Part shown: positions 53,709 through 64,000 of the stretch, one piece after another | Layout: each line of letters begins with the position of its first letter | Position numbering within the stretch: the first letter of the stretch is position 1 | Origin: Halomonas sp. | GTDB taxonomy: Bacteria > Pseudomonadota > Gammaproteobacteria > Pseudomonadales > Halomonadaceae | Direction: 5' to 3' | Length of the DNA stretch: 64,000 nt | NCBI RefSeq assembly: GCF_052095765.1 | Contig: NZ_JBQDJZ010000001.1 | Coordinates: forward strand, 11,090 to 75,089 | Notes under the pieces: generated by a model | The model's database searches: none | What the model saw: the letters and a program-made list of their open reading frames with translations, nothing else | What the model was told of the DNA's origin: nothing | Position numbers and translations under genes: made by a program

Positions 53709-56700
53709 GTGATGGTCTCCTGGCTGGCGCTGAACAAAGTGTCGAGGGCTTCGATCAGCTGGCGAGGCACACGTTCCGCGTGTACACCGCGGGACACTGC
53801 TTTAGTGCCGCGCAGAAACACATAAACGGCGCCGCCCAGATGGCGGTCGATGTCGTAGTCCGGCAGGCGCGAAGCCAGCAGTCGGTGCAGTGCCAGCAGG
53901 TACAGGCAGTACTGCAGGTCGTAGCGCTTGTCGAGCACCGCGTCGCGCATGGCTTCCGGCGTATAGGCATCGTCGTCACGGCCCAGATAGTTGGATTTCC
54001 AGTCCACCACGTAATAGCGCCCATCGTGCTCTACCACCAGGTCGATAAAGCCTTTGAGCATACCGTTGAGTCTTTCCGGTAGTAGCGCTGGGCGGGGTAC
54101 ACCGCCAAGAGTGTGATGGCTGACCAACTGATCGAGAGTGTTGCTATTGACTTGGTGAGCGGCAAACCAGAACTCCAGCTCGACCTGGAAGTGCTCAAGC
54201 TCAGCCAGTTTCATTGGTGTCTCGCTGCCCGGAAATGGCAGCGATGCCGTGAGTAGCGTCGGCAGCCAGCGACTCAGCGCGGGAATCTGCGCGCTCCAGC
54301 CGCGGCGGTTGGCACGCCGAGCCAAGCCGTCGTCGCGGCGCTCGGCGTCGTTGGCTAAACGTGAAAAGCCCTCGCTGGCGGCCCATTCCAGTAGGCCGTG
54401 CAGGAAGGTCCCCGGCGAGGGGCCACGGGGAAAATAGTGTAGCGAGCCGCCAGCGCGATCAGTGGTGTCAATAACGTCAGTGTCGGTAAGGCCCCGTTCG
54501 TTGGGCTCGTCGCTGACCTCAAGTGCAGTGGCTTCGTCGGCGGTGGAGGGTTCCTGGAGGACGTCTGGCGTGGCGCCCGCTTGCTGGGGACCGTATTTCA
54601 GCGCCGAGTAGCTGGCGATCCACCAGTGCTCACGAATCCGGCGGCTGGGCATACGGGCCGGAGTCAGCGGCGCACTCTTTGTTAAGGGACGCAGAGGCGT
54701 GGGATCAACCTCTGGGGCCACTGCGATATGCACAGGTTGTTCGTCGCCCACCATAACTTCCAGCAGCGGGCCAAGCCCGTCTGGTGTGATGGGCTCTCCA
54801 CCGCCGATCAGCTGGCCGATGGCGCTGAGCTGCATGTCTTTCAGCGGCGCAAGGCCCAGCCAGGTGGCGTGGCTGGCGCGGGTCAGGGCCACATACAGCT
54901 TGCGCAGGTCTTCACCGAGGCGCTCCAGGTCGGTGTGTTGCTGGGCGTCAGGGTCTGCGGTCAGCGAGAGGCGCAGGGTGCCGTCGCTGTCATGCCAGCG
55001 TAGCGGTAAGTCGCTTGTTTTTGCCGGCCGGAAGGCGGTGATGAATGGCAGAAACACCAGCGGGTATTCCAGCCCTTTGGACTTGTGAACGGTGATCACC
55101 TGCACCAGGTCAGCGTCGCTTTCCAGGCGCAGCCGGTGGGCGTCGATCTGCTGCTCGGGAGCCGTCACGGCCTCGTCCAGCCAGCGCAGCAGGGCGTGTT
55201 CACCGTCCAGCTCTTGGCTGGCCTGCTGCAGCAGCTCGCCTAAGTGCAGCAGGTCGGTCAGGTGGCGCTCGCCTTCCGCCGCGACCTGCTGGTGGCTTGC
55301 CGATAGGCCCAGTAAGCGGGCCGCGACGCCGAAGTCGGCCAGTAGTTGGTGCAGCATCGGCAACACACCACGCCGCTGCCATAGCTGGTGATAGTCGCGG
55401 AATTGCATGACCCGGGCTTCCCAGGCCAGTTCGCTGTGGTGACCACTGTTGTTAAGGTCGTTCAGGCCATCCAGGTCGGCAAGACTGAGGCCGAGGCTGG
55501 GTGTGGCCATGGCGGCGCGCAGTGCATGTTCGTTATCCGGGGCGGCACAGGCCGCCAGCCATAGGCGCATTTCGCTGGCGGCAGCGGTTTCGAAGACGCC
55601 GTCTTTGTCGGACAGATAGACGCTGCGCACAGCCCGCGCCATCAGGGCGCGACGAATGGCACGGGCCTCTGTGGCGTTGTTGACCAGCACTGCCAGGTCC
55701 GACGGCGCCAGCGGGCGGAAGGCAGTGCTGTCTTGTTCCGCAGCATTGTCGTTACTCTGGAAGCCCGTTAGACCAGCCTGGCCCTCACGTAGCAGCTGGG
55801 TCATCTCGCTGGCGCAGCGTTCGGCCAGCTCGTTGATATAGACGGTTTTGGAGAGCTCCTGATCAGCAGCCAGATGCCACAGGGTCAGCGCCGGTTGGGC
55901 CTTGCGCGGCTGTTCAGGAGTGGCACTGCGCATCAGGGCGTCTTTGCGGCCCTTGGCTTTGACCTGATGAAAGGGCAGCGGGTTGTTAGTGCCGTCCTTG
56001 AACAGAAAGGCGCCGCGACCGTGGTCGGCGTTTTCGGCGTATCTGAACAGGTGATTGACCGCAGCCACCATGTCCTGGGTAGAGCGATAGTTGGTATCTA
56101 GTGTGACGTGGCGCCCCGTGGTGTCGCGGCGCGCCTGCAGGTAGGTGTAGATATCGGCGCCGCGAAAGGCGTAGATGGCTTGCTTGGGGTCGCCGATTAG
56201 TAGCAAGCCGCAGTCGTCGCGTTGGCTGGCTGGCAGGTAGACGCGTTCGAACAGTCGGTACTGCACTGGGTCGGTATCCTGGAATTCGTCGACCAGTGCC
56301 ACCGGGAACTGGCGGCGGATGCGCTCGGCCAGCACGTCGCCAGAAGGGCCGCTGAAGGCGGCGTCCAGATGCTTTAGCAGGTCATCCGGCCCCAATTCGG
56401 CGCGACGCTGCTGCTGTTCGGTTAGGCGTTGGTTGGTCCAGTGCACGGCGTGAGTCAGTAGCTGGCTTTTAGCGTCAGGCAGCTCATCCAGCTGCTGGGG
56501 CAAATCAACCAGGGCATCTAGCGCAGGGTGGGACGGCGGTGCTTCGCCGTCTTTCCATATCTCAGCCAGCCCCTCAGGAGTGAGGCGTTTACTGGCTGTG
56601 TCAGTCAACGTCAGTTTGACTAGGTTCGGGTCTTGTGCCCAGTCGCGAATCTTCTGGAACCAGCCAGTCCGATGGTTAACCTTCATCTTTCCTTTGGGGA

Positions 56701-57541
56701 AAGCGCCCCGTTCAGCGGCATCCTCAAGCAGGGCTTCAAGTTCATCGGCCCACGTTGTCCAGGGCGCTTTCAATTCGGCCAGGAGCGCCTTGTGTTCAGC
56801 AATGGTCTCTGTCGGCGGGCCAACGGCGGGCAAGGCGGTGGCATACTGGCGCAGTCTGGCCAGGTTGTCATCCAGAGCATCGGGTGTGGTCCAGTGGCGG
56901 GCAACGGTTTCCAGCGCAGCACTGTCCAACGCATAGTAAAAAGTGCGCCAGTAATCACGGGTCACTTCGGCCTGCAATGGGCGCTGGTCGATTTCCATGT
57001 TCAAGGCGAACAGGCTGCCGCTATCGAAAGCGTGTTCGCGCAGCATGCGGTGGCACCAGGAGTGAATGGTAGAAACGGCGGCTTCGTCCATCCACTCGGC
57101 AGCCAAGCGCAGGCGGCGCGCGCAGGCCGGCCAGCTGTCCTGCGGGTAGCTGTTGCGCAGCTCGGCCAGGGCAGGATCAAGCTCTGAGCTGGCGGGTGCT
57201 GCGGCCACAGGCACTGGCTCGGCGAACAGATCCCCGGTCACTGGCTGTTGCGCGGCGGGTGGGTGTTCGGGTGACTGTAAAGAGAAAGCGGTGGCCGCCT
57301 CGACCAGCCGTGTGCGGATGCGGTCGCGAAGCTCACGCGTGGCAGCGTTGGTGAAAGTCATCACCAGAATTTCCGGCGGCATAAGCGGCCGGGGGAAACT
57401 GGCTTTGTCTTCGGGGGCACGTGGCCCGAGCACCAAGCGCAGATACAGCAGGGCGATGGTGAACGTCTTGCCGGTGCCGGCGCTGGCCTCGATCAGGTGG
57501 CTACCGTGCAATGGCTGCGCCATGGAGTTCAGCGGCGTCAT
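53705..57541 (-). CDS. recB: Exodeoxyribonuclease V beta subunit
   Basis: EASAGTGKT, LVDEFQDTD, IGDPKQAIYAFRGAD, TVHKSKGLEY; nuclease GFIDL...VVDWKSN. Confidence 0.97.
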   Translation of the reverse strand: MTPLNSMAQPLHGSHLIEASAGTGKTFTIALLYLRLVLGPRAPEDKASFPRPLMPPEILVMTFTNAATRELRDRIRTRLVEAATAFSLQSPEHPPAAQQPVTGDLFAEPVPVAAAPASSELDPALAELRNSYPQDSWPACARRLRLAAEWMDEAAVSTIHSWCHRMLREHAFDSGSLFALNMEIDQRPLQAEVTRDYWRTFYYALDSAALETVARHWTTPDALDDNLARLRQYATALPAVGPPTETIAEHKALLAELKAPWTTWADELEALLEDAAERGAFPKGKMKVNHRTGWFQKIRDWAQDPNLVKLTLTDTASKRLTPEGLAEIWKDGEAPPSHPALDALVDLPQQLDELPDAKSQLLTHAVHWTNQRLTEQQQRRAELGPDDLLKHLDAAFSGPSGDVLAERIRRQFPVALVDEFQDTDPVQYRLFERVYLPASQRDDCGLLLIGDPKQAIYAFRGADIYTYLQARRDTTGRHVTLDTNYRSTQDMVAAVNHLFRYAENADHGRGAFLFKDGTNNPLPFHQVKAKGRKDALMRSATPEQPRKAQPALTLWHLAADQELSKTVYINELAERCASEMTQLLREGQAGLTGFQSNDNAAEQDSTAFRPLAPSDLAVLVNNATEARAIRRALMARAVRSVYLSDKDGVFETAAASEMRLWLAACAAPDNEHALRAAMATPSLGLSLADLDGLNDLNNSGHHSELAWEARVMQFRDYHQLWQRRGVLPMLHQLLADFGVAARLLGLSASHQQVAAEGERHLTDLLHLGELLQQASQELDGEHALLRWLDEAVTAPEQQIDAHRLRLESDADLVQVITVHKSKGLEYPLVFLPFITAFRPAKTSDLPLRWHDSDGTLRLSLTADPDAQQHTDLERLGEDLRKLYVALTRASHATWLGLAPLKDMQLSAIGQLIGGGEPITPDGLGPLLEVMVGDEQPVHIAVAPEVDPTPLRPLTKSAPLTPARMPSRRIREHWWIASYSALKYGPQQAGATPDVLQEPSTADEATALEVSDEPNERGLTDTDVIDTTDRAGGSLHYFPRGPSPGTFLHGLLEWAASEGFSRLANDAERRDDGLARRANRRGWSAQIPALSRWLPTLLTASLPFPGSETPMKLAELEHFQVELEFWFAAHQVNSNTLDQLVSHHTLGGVPRPALLPERLNGMLKGFIDLVVEHDGRYYVVDWKSNYLGRDDDAYTPEAMRDAVLDKRYDLQYCLYLLALHRLLASRLPDYDIDRHLGGAVYVFLRGTKAVSRGVHAERVPRQLIEALDTLFSASQETIT

Positions 57542-60500
57542 GCGTTGTCTCCCTTGGCAGCGTTGTTCTTCACTGTGTCATGCAGCGGAGCGTATAGCAC
57601 CTCGGCCAGCTCGCTGAAACGGCGCTCAGCGGCGCGGGCAGTGACGACGGATTCAAAGCTGGGCCACTGGCGTGCCAGATACGGATCGCGGTCACGCTCG
57701 CCGGTGTTGTAATCATCGCCTTCATAGCGCTTGCGTGCAGCGTTCCAGGCCTTGGTCGCCGTCTCGTCGTCAGCGTCACCTTCGCCGTCCCTGCCATCCA
57801 GGCATTGCTGCATCATGGCAGCATTGCCGCCTTGTTCTATCCACATGAAGGCGCTGTCCAGTGGCAGCGGCAGTGGTGCATTCATCCCGGCCTGCCAGGC
57901 ATGGACGATGGCGTTCAGGCGGTGGCGGGCGTTGTCTTCGGCCAGTGGTGCCAGGGTGTGATCGCCAGCGCGGGAAATCAGCCGGGTGGTCATGGAGCCG
58001 ACCGCCAGTTGTCCAGCCAGGTGTTCGACCCAGGCGCCGACCCAGTTGCGCCACTGATACTTGCCTTTGCGGACCAAGCTTGAGGTCATTAATACCAGCC
58101 GACAGCATTCGCCGTTATCGTTTTCTCGCAGGCCGTCGAGCCAGTCCTCCAGGCGATGTTCGTGGTTAGCGTCCTGTTCGCGGTGCCCCAGCGGCAGGCT
58201 GATTGCTGCGGGCTGGGCAATGTCATGGGGCCAGTCGGCCAGCGCTTCGGCGTAGAGCGTGAACATCTTGTCTAGCGGCTCGATCAGTTCCGCGCGCATG
58301 CGCGCGGCAAAGCCGCCCATGGCCAGGCGACCTTCACGTTCAAGCCCCTGTAGGCGGGCTTCAACGGCAGGCAGGTAGTGTTCGCCATGGTCTGCGGCCA
58401 CTCGCCCAGCAGCCACCAGCGAATCCTGAAGCTGCCACATGCTCAGGCCGTCCAGATCAAACGGTTCGTGCTCCAGGGTATCGGTGTCGTCAACATCCAG
58501 ATAGACCCCGAGCCGTGTGTTGAAAAATGCCTTGGCTGGCGACTTTAGGAAATTCCCCAGTTGGCCAAGCGTCAGCGGGCGTTCTTGCTCCCAAGCTGGG
58601 AGTGGGGCGGTTTCATCGTGCGGCACTTGCCCCGAGGTATCGGCGTGAATGGCGTGCCATTCTTTGGCGTAGCTGAACAGGCGCTTGTCAGCTTCTGATG
58701 AATCATCCTGAAAGTAGGCGCGGCTGAAGGGCTGAAGCGGATGCTCCACAGTCAGTGCCGCCAATAGCGCCTTGGCGTTTTTCTCCTGGCCTTGGGTTTC
58801 ATCAGCCCCAGCCAACCGCCAGCCAGCAGCAAGGTGGTCTCGCAGTTGGCCGAGCAGCACTGAGGGCGGCTGGGGTTCGTTGTCGTGGATGCTGCGTCCG
58901 ACCCAACTGATCAGCAGCCGCTCCCGGGCCGAAAGCAATGCCTCCAAGAACAGATAACGGTCGTCGTCGCGGCGCGAACGGTCACCTGGGCGGTAGTCCT
59001 GGCCCATCAGATCGATATCCAGCGGGCGCTGGGTGCGCGGGTAGTCCTCGTCGTTCATGCCCAACAAGCAGACATGACGGAATGGGATGGCGCGCATGGG
59101 CATCAGAGTAGCGACGTTGACTGCACCGGCCAAAAAGCGCTGTGAAAGATGCGCTTGATCGACTTCGGTCAACCAGTGTTCGCGTACCACCGACAGCGGC
59201 AGCGCCTCAGTCAGTCCGGCGTCCTCGGTGGCTTCCAGCCACTGTTCCAGGCCTTCTTCAAGGCGGGCGAGGGTAGAAATATCTGCCTCGTCGTTAACGT
59301 CAAAGCAGTCAGCCAGCAACTCGCGCAGCCGCTGGCACCACTCCTCAGCGGTGGTCGGCTCGCTGAGTTGCTGCCAGTGGCGATGCAGGGTGTCGATGAG
59401 ATCCGAAAGAGGTCCGATCAGCGCCGCCTCCAGGCCACCGATATCGCCGTAGGGCTCGATATCGTGCCATGGCCCGGATGTGTCCTGGTCGTTTATAGCT
59501 GAGAGCTCTGCCGTCTGGCCTACCGCATAGCCCAGCAGTAGGCGCCGCAGGCCGAAGGCCCAGGTATTGGCTGTCAGCCCATCTGGCAGGTCGAGCCGGG
59601 CGCGCTGTTTGGCGTTAAGCCCCCAGCGGATGCCGGCATCTTCGACCCAGCGGCGCAGGGTGGGGAGATCATCGGTATCCAGGCCGAAGCGCTGGCGCAG
59701 CGCCGGGACTTCCAGCAAGTCCAGCAGGTCACTGATAGTCAGCCGCGACTCGGGCAGGTGTAGCAGGCTTTCCAGTGCGATCAGCAGCGGTTGGCGATGG
59801 CGGCTGGCCTGGTCGGAGAGGGTAAAGGGAATATGGCGCGGGTCATTGAGAGGCAGTCGCCCGAATACCGCCTGAACCGCAGCAGCGTAGGCCTCGATAT
59901 CCGGCACCATGACCAGGATATCGCGTGGGCGCAGGCTGGGGTCGGCGTCAAAGGCAGCCAGCAGCTGGTCGTGAAGAATTTCGACCTCGCGCAGCGCGCT
60001 GTGAGCCACGTGAAAGCGCAGGCTGTGATCCTGGTGAGGATCGACGGCTGGCCAGGTGGTCAGCGTTTCCTGCGGTGGGCGCAGTTCAAGAATATCGTCC
60101 TGCAGCTGCTGTAACAGGCCAGTGGGCTTGTCCTCATCCAGCGGTGAGTCGAACAGATCGATACGCAGCGAGCGGGCATCAAACAGTGCCTGATAGTGGT
60201 GCGGGTCGTCGAACTCATCGAGCAAGCGCAGGTAGTCGCGGCCCTGCTTGCCCCAGGCGGCCAGCAGCGGCTGGGCGTGCAGGTGCAGCTCGGTGTCATC
60301 CAGGTTCTGCGGCATGCCGGGGCGATGGCGCTGGCGGCGCCGCTCGGCGCGCAGCAGGTCTTTATGCTCGATGATATCGGCCCAGTAATGGCGGCAGGGG
60401 TTGTGCACGCACAGCAGCACCTGACTGACCCGGGACATGGCCGCCAGCGCCTCCAGCGTCTGGCGGGGTAGCGACGAGATGCCGAACACGATCACTCGAC

Positions 60501-61227
60501 GCGGCAGGCCAGCAGGACGTTGGCCTCGCTTCAACTGGCGACAGGCATCAAGAAAACGCTGGTGAATCAGCGCTCGGCTGGTGTTCAGCCCCTCGTCGCC
60601 GATACCGTCACGCAGTCGACGCCATAACTCGGGCTGCCAGCATTGGTCGGCATCCAGCAGCCTGGCTTGGCCCCGGGCGTCGATCAGCTCATCGCGGCCT
60701 TCAGCCCAGGCCGCCAGCCAGTCGGCACGATACACTTGGTATTGGTCGAACAGATCGGCCAAGCGCTCAGCCAGCTGGAAGCGCTTGCGCAGGTCGTCAT
60801 CGTCGGCCAAGAAGTGTGCCAGCGGCTGGAAGGCGGGCTCGGTCAGCAGCTCGGGCAGCAGGCGCATCAGCCGCCAGCTCAATCGAGACTTGTCCAGCGG
60901 CGACGCCTCAGGCACGGCGTCTTCGCCTTCGCTGTGGGACAGCACTGCACGATAGGCCTGCCACAGAAAGCGCGCTGGCAAAGTGATATCCAGCGCCGCC
61001 GCGATACCCGCGCCGTTGGGTGCATCCGCCGCCAGCGCCAGCTTCAGCCACTGGCTGATACCGTTGCTTTGGACCAGAATCACCTCGTTTTCCAGCGGCG
61101 CCAGCGGCTCGCGGCGCATCCAGCTCACCGCCAAATCGCGCAGCGACTCCAGCCGATTGCCGTGCACCACCAGAAAGCCGGGTTCAATAACGTCAGAGAC
61201 AGCAGCGGGGGAGGAAGCAGCGGGCAT
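57538..61227 (-). CDS. recC: Exodeoxyribonuclease V gamma subunit
   Basis: HGNRLE, VQSNGISQWL, LADLFDQYQVYR, TLMPMRAIPF, DDDRYLFLEALLSAR. Confidence 0.96.
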   Translation of the reverse strand: MPAASSPAAVSDVIEPGFLVVHGNRLESLRDLAVSWMRREPLAPLENEVILVQSNGISQWLKLALAADAPNGAGIAAALDITLPARFLWQAYRAVLSHSEGEDAVPEASPLDKSRLSWRLMRLLPELLTEPAFQPLAHFLADDDDLRKRFQLAERLADLFDQYQVYRADWLAAWAEGRDELIDARGQARLLDADQCWQPELWRRLRDGIGDEGLNTSRALIHQRFLDACRQLKRGQRPAGLPRRVIVFGISSLPRQTLEALAAMSRVSQVLLCVHNPCRHYWADIIEHKDLLRAERRRQRHRPGMPQNLDDTELHLHAQPLLAAWGKQGRDYLRLLDEFDDPHHYQALFDARSLRIDLFDSPLDEDKPTGLLQQLQDDILELRPPQETLTTWPAVDPHQDHSLRFHVAHSALREVEILHDQLLAAFDADPSLRPRDILVMVPDIEAYAAAVQAVFGRLPLNDPRHIPFTLSDQASRHRQPLLIALESLLHLPESRLTISDLLDLLEVPALRQRFGLDTDDLPTLRRWVEDAGIRWGLNAKQRARLDLPDGLTANTWAFGLRRLLLGYAVGQTAELSAINDQDTSGPWHDIEPYGDIGGLEAALIGPLSDLIDTLHRHWQQLSEPTTAEEWCQRLRELLADCFDVNDEADISTLARLEEGLEQWLEATEDAGLTEALPLSVVREHWLTEVDQAHLSQRFLAGAVNVATLMPMRAIPFRHVCLLGMNDEDYPRTQRPLDIDLMGQDYRPGDRSRRDDDRYLFLEALLSARERLLISWVGRSIHDNEPQPPSVLLGQLRDHLAAGWRLAGADETQGQEKNAKALLAALTVEHPLQPFSRAYFQDDSSEADKRLFSYAKEWHAIHADTSGQVPHDETAPLPAWEQERPLTLGQLGNFLKSPAKAFFNTRLGVYLDVDDTDTLEHEPFDLDGLSMWQLQDSLVAAGRVAADHGEHYLPAVEARLQGLEREGRLAMGGFAARMRAELIEPLDKMFTLYAEALADWPHDIAQPAAISLPLGHREQDANHEHRLEDWLDGLRENDNGECCRLVLMTSSLVRKGKYQWRNWVGAWVEHLAGQLAVGSMTTRLISRAGDHTLAPLAEDNARHRLNAIVHAWQAGMNAPLPLPLDSAFMWIEQGGNAAMMQQCLDGRDGEGDADDETATKAWNAARKRYEGDDYNTGERDRDPYLARQWPSFESVVTARAAERRFSELAEVLYAPLHDTVKNNAAKGDNA

Positions 61228-61414
61228 GGATCATCCTTGAGCAGCGAAAGGGCAGGCGGAGCTGTGCCTGCTCTATGGTGCCGGAAATGGGCGGGGTTAT
61301 GAATGGGTATGGCGGTTTGCTGTCTCAGTCATATACTTGCCACGCTGTAGTCGAACTGTCATCGTCAAAACCTGTTTTAACGAGATCAGCACGAGAGCAG
61401 AGAGGCCATTAGCC

Positions 61415-61750
61415 GTGTATATCGCCATGAACCGTTTCAAAGTGAACCCTGAGCGGGTCGCTGAGTTCGAACAGATATGGTTAGAGCGTGAGACCCACCT
61501 GCAAGGGTTACCCGGCTTTGTCGAGTTCCAGATGTTGCGCGGGCCGGAGAGGAAAGATCACGTACTCTATGCCTCGCATACGGTGTGGCGTGCGCAGGAG
61601 GATTTCGAGGCCTGGACGCATTCCGAGGCGTTTCGCAAGGCCCACGCCAATGCCGGGAAAAGCAAGCGCGAGGGGCTCTACCTGGGCCCGCCAAGCTTCG
61701 AAGGTTTTACGGTCATCCAGACTGTCAATAACGAGGAGAACAGCGTATGA
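61415..61750 (+). CDS. ABM-domain monooxygenase, IsdG/HmoA/HmuQ heme-degrading-like
   Basis: YIAMNRFKV, FEQIW, PGF, TVW..EDFEAWTHSEAFRKAH; GTG start 61415. Confidence 0.8.
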   Translation: MYIAMNRFKVNPERVAEFEQIWLERETHLQGLPGFVEFQMLRGPERKDHVLYASHTVWRAQEDFEAWTHSEAFRKAHANAGKSKREGLYLGPPSFEGFTVIQTVNNEENSV

Positions 61751-62040
61751 GCCAACGCGATGCCTATGAACAGAAGCTGCGTGCCAAGCTGGACGAATGG
61801 CAGGCCGAAATTGATTTGCTACGGGCGCAAGCGCGTAGCGCTGCTGCCGATAGTGAGTTAGAGAAAGAGCAGGAAAAAGAGGCCGAGCGCCTTGAAAAAC
61901 AGCGCGATGAGATGCGCGAGCGGCTCAATAAAATGCGTGATGCCAGCGATGATGCCTGGGATGACCTAAAAGATGGTGCCGAGCGTGCCTGGAGTTCGAT
62001 TAGTGACTCCTTTGAGAAGGCGAGATCGCGCTTTAAATAA
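61747..62040 (+). CDS. Small coiled-coil stress-response-type protein (Sll1863-like)
   Basis: RDAYEQKLRAKLDEWQAEIDLL...SDDAWDDLKDGAERAW. Confidence 0.65.
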   Translation: MSQRDAYEQKLRAKLDEWQAEIDLLRAQARSAAADSELEKEQEKEAERLEKQRDEMRERLNKMRDASDDAWDDLKDGAERAWSSISDSFEKARSRFK

Positions 62041-62200
62041 TTAGCGTAAATCGATGTGACGCCTGGCATTACGAAGGTTCTGTCAGGCGTTTTGGTAAGT
62101 AGTGAACAATTCTTATCCGCCTGCATCGGCTGTATTTTGTGGAGTAATATCAGCTTCCTGATAGGGCACAAGGGGTGCCTTGAAAGCACAGGGATGTGTG

Positions 62201-62935
62201 ATGAAAAACTCTCAAAAGTATGCAGCTGAGCTGATTGGTACGTTCTGGTTGACCTTTGGCGGCTGTGGAGCAGCGGTGCTGGCGGCGGGTTTTCCAGGGT
62301 TTGGGATAGGTTTCTTGGGAGTGTCGCTGGCCTTTGGTCTCACGGTGCTGACCATGGCTTATGCCATCGGGCACGTGTCAGGTTGCCATTTGAATCCGGC
62401 TGTAACGATCGGCCTTACCGCCGGTGGGCGCTTTCCAGGTTCACAAGTTGTTCCTTATATCGTCGCTCAGGTTGCGGGTGGCGTTCTGGGTGCGTTGGCG
62501 CTTTATATCATTGCAAACGGCGTTGAAGGATTTGATGCGGCAGCCTCAGGGTTTGCAGCTAACGGTTACGGTGAGCATAGCCCCGGTGGCTACTCGCTGG
62601 CAGCCGCGCTGGTGGCTGAAATCCTGCTAACCATGGTGTTCCTGTTCATCATCATGGGCGCCACTCACGGTCGCGCACCCGTGGGTTTTGCGCCCATCGC
62701 CATTGGTCTGGGGCTGACGCTTATCCACCTTATCAGCATCCCGGTGACCAATACCTCGGTCAATCCGGCGCGCAGTACTGGCCCCGCACTCTTTGTGGGA
62801 GGCTGGGCCATCAGTCAGTTGTGGCTGTTCTGGGTGGCTCCGTTAATTGGTGGCGCCTTGGGCGGTTTGCTCTATAACTGGATCAGCCCGACACCCTCTG
62901 AGCCTGTGATAGGCGGAATCGAAAGCGAAGGCTGA
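62201..62935 (+). CDS. aqpZ: Aquaporin Z
   Basis: [29 protein letters not shown] (two NPA motifs), LWLFWVAP. Confidence 0.96.
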   Translation: MKNSQKYAAELIGTFWLTFGGCGAAVLAAGFPGFGIGFLGVSLAFGLTVLTMAYAIGHVSGCHLNPAVTIGLTAGGRFPGSQVVPYIVAQVAGGVLGALALYIIANGVEGFDAAASGFAANGYGEHSPGGYSLAAALVAEILLTMVFLFIIMGATHGRAPVGFAPIAIGLGLTLIHLISIPVTNTSVNPARSTGPALFVGGWAISQLWLFWVAPLIGGALGGLLYNWISPTPSEPVIGGIESEG

Positions 62936-62962
62936 TAGTTAAAAGCTCACGATAGACGTCAG

Positions 62963-62994
62963 AACGCCCGGTGCTGCTTCCGGGCGTTGCTTTT
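62963..62994. terminator. Terminator between aqpZ and the LLM gene
   Basis: AACGCCCGG-N8-CCGGGCGTT, then GCTTTT. Confidence 0.6.
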
Positions 62995-63035
62995 CTGTTG
63001 CGGTATCTTTCTTTGTGGCGTATTTACAACCCGTC

Positions 63036-64000
63036 TTAGAGGGGCGAAGTCGTTGGTTGCTGCAGTGCCGCCAACAGTTCAATTGAGTGGAGTCGATCTT
63101 TGCGGTCATAGACGTCAGTAACGATCATCAGCTCATCGGCATTGGTTTGCTGCAGGAAGTCTTCCAGGCCTGCGCGAACGCTGTCGGGGCTGCCGATGAC
63201 CGCCGCGCCCAGGTTCTGCGCGACCGCTGCGCGCTCCCTGGGTGTCCAGTCGATGCTTTCCACCGGCGGTAACGCCTTAGTGCTTTTACCACGGTGCAAG
63301 TTGAGAAACTTCTGCTGAGCGGTGGTGGATAGGTAGTGCGCGTGGGCATCGCTTTCGGCCACGATGACCGGCATACCGACCATGGCGTAAGGTGCATCGA
63401 GCACCTGTGAAGGGCGGAACTGGGTGCGGTAGAGGTGCAGCGCTTCAAGCAGGTAGCCGGGGGCGAATTGGGCAGCGAAGGCAAATGGCAGGCCCAAACG
63501 TGCGGCCAGTTGGGCACTGTAGCCGCTGGAACCCAGCAGCCAGATCGGCACATGGGTGTCCTGGCCGGGCACGGCACGAATACGCTGGCTGGCGCTGGCG
63601 GTGCCCAGGTAGCTGCGCAGCTCTTCCAAGCGCTCGGGAAAGTCGTCAACACCGGCGAAGGGGTCGCGGCGCAGGGCGCGCATGGTGGCGCCATCGGCCC
63701 CCGGTGCCCGTCCCAGCCCCAGGTCGATGCGGCCCGGATAGAGGGTTTCCAGGGTGCCGAACTGCTCGGCAACCACCAGCGGTGCGTGGTTGGGCAGCAT
63801 GATGCCGCCGCTACCCACGCGGATGCGTTGGGTCTTGCCGGCGATATGGCCGATCAGTACCGAGGTCGCGGCGCTGGCGATACCGTCGATGTTGTGGTGC
63901 TCGGCCAGCCAGTAGCGGTTGTAGCCAAGCTCGTCGGCTTTGCGCGCCAGAGCGACGCTGTCGTTGAAAGCTTCGCCGGCGGTACCGCCTTGGCGGATCG
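63036..64000 (-). CDS. Luciferase-like (LLM class) flavin-dependent oxidoreductase, 5' end outside the window
   Basis: Frame extends upstream of the track ORF: [18 protein letters not shown]...[34 protein letters not shown]. Confidence 0.92.
   Translation of the reverse strand, partial: IRQGGTAGEAFNDSVALARKADELGYNRYWLAEHHNIDGIASAATSVLIGHIAGKTQRIRVGSGGIMLPNHAPLVVAEQFGTLETLYPGRIDLGLGRAPGADGATMRALRRDPFAGVDDFPERLEELRSYLGTASASQRIRAVPGQDTHVPIWLLGSSGYSAQLAARLGLPFAFAAQFAPGYLLEALHLYRTQFRPSQVLDAPYAMVGMPVIVAESDAHAHYLSTTAQQKFLNLHRGKSTKALPPVESIDWTPRERAAVAQNLGAAVIGSPDSVRAGLEDFLQQTNADELMIVTDVYDRKDRLHSIELLAALQQPTTSPL

Overview
GC-rich gammaproteobacterial chromosome segment, most consistent with Halomonadaceae (inferred from gene order and protein style, not searched). 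About 1-27 kb is core housekeeping: partial glnD, map, rpsB-tsf-pyrH-frr-uppS-cdsA-dxr-rseP-bamA-skp-lpxD-fabZ-lpxA-lpxB-rnhB-dnaE-accA-tilS, then rho-ubiD-fre. About 27-64 kb is mixed: DAHP synthase, hemB, a betaine-type ABC transporter with a BetI-like operator, lhgO plus a TAXI-TRAP system, purEK, a YeiH/LysR pair, TraX-like, macrodomain, LemA/DUF3137, asparaginase-like plus tartrate dehydrogenase-like, recCBD, a heme-oxygenase-type ABM protein, aqpZ and a partial luciferase-like monooxygenase. I saw no rRNA, tRNA, CRISPR array, transposase or integrase. The most striking unexplained structure is the ~750 bp upstream of the DAHP synthase. It holds a small membrane-protein ORF and two tandem, apparently homologous leader ORFs rich in aromatic residues (SGYWYGNDFS and STYYYFGWRFS). 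The first leader is followed by a terminator/antiterminator. The second is followed by alternative hairpins containing an anti-Shine-Dalgarno sequence. Together they suggest a two-tier (transcriptional plus translational) Tyr/Phe/Trp attenuation system. All calls were made by eye, with no database searches.
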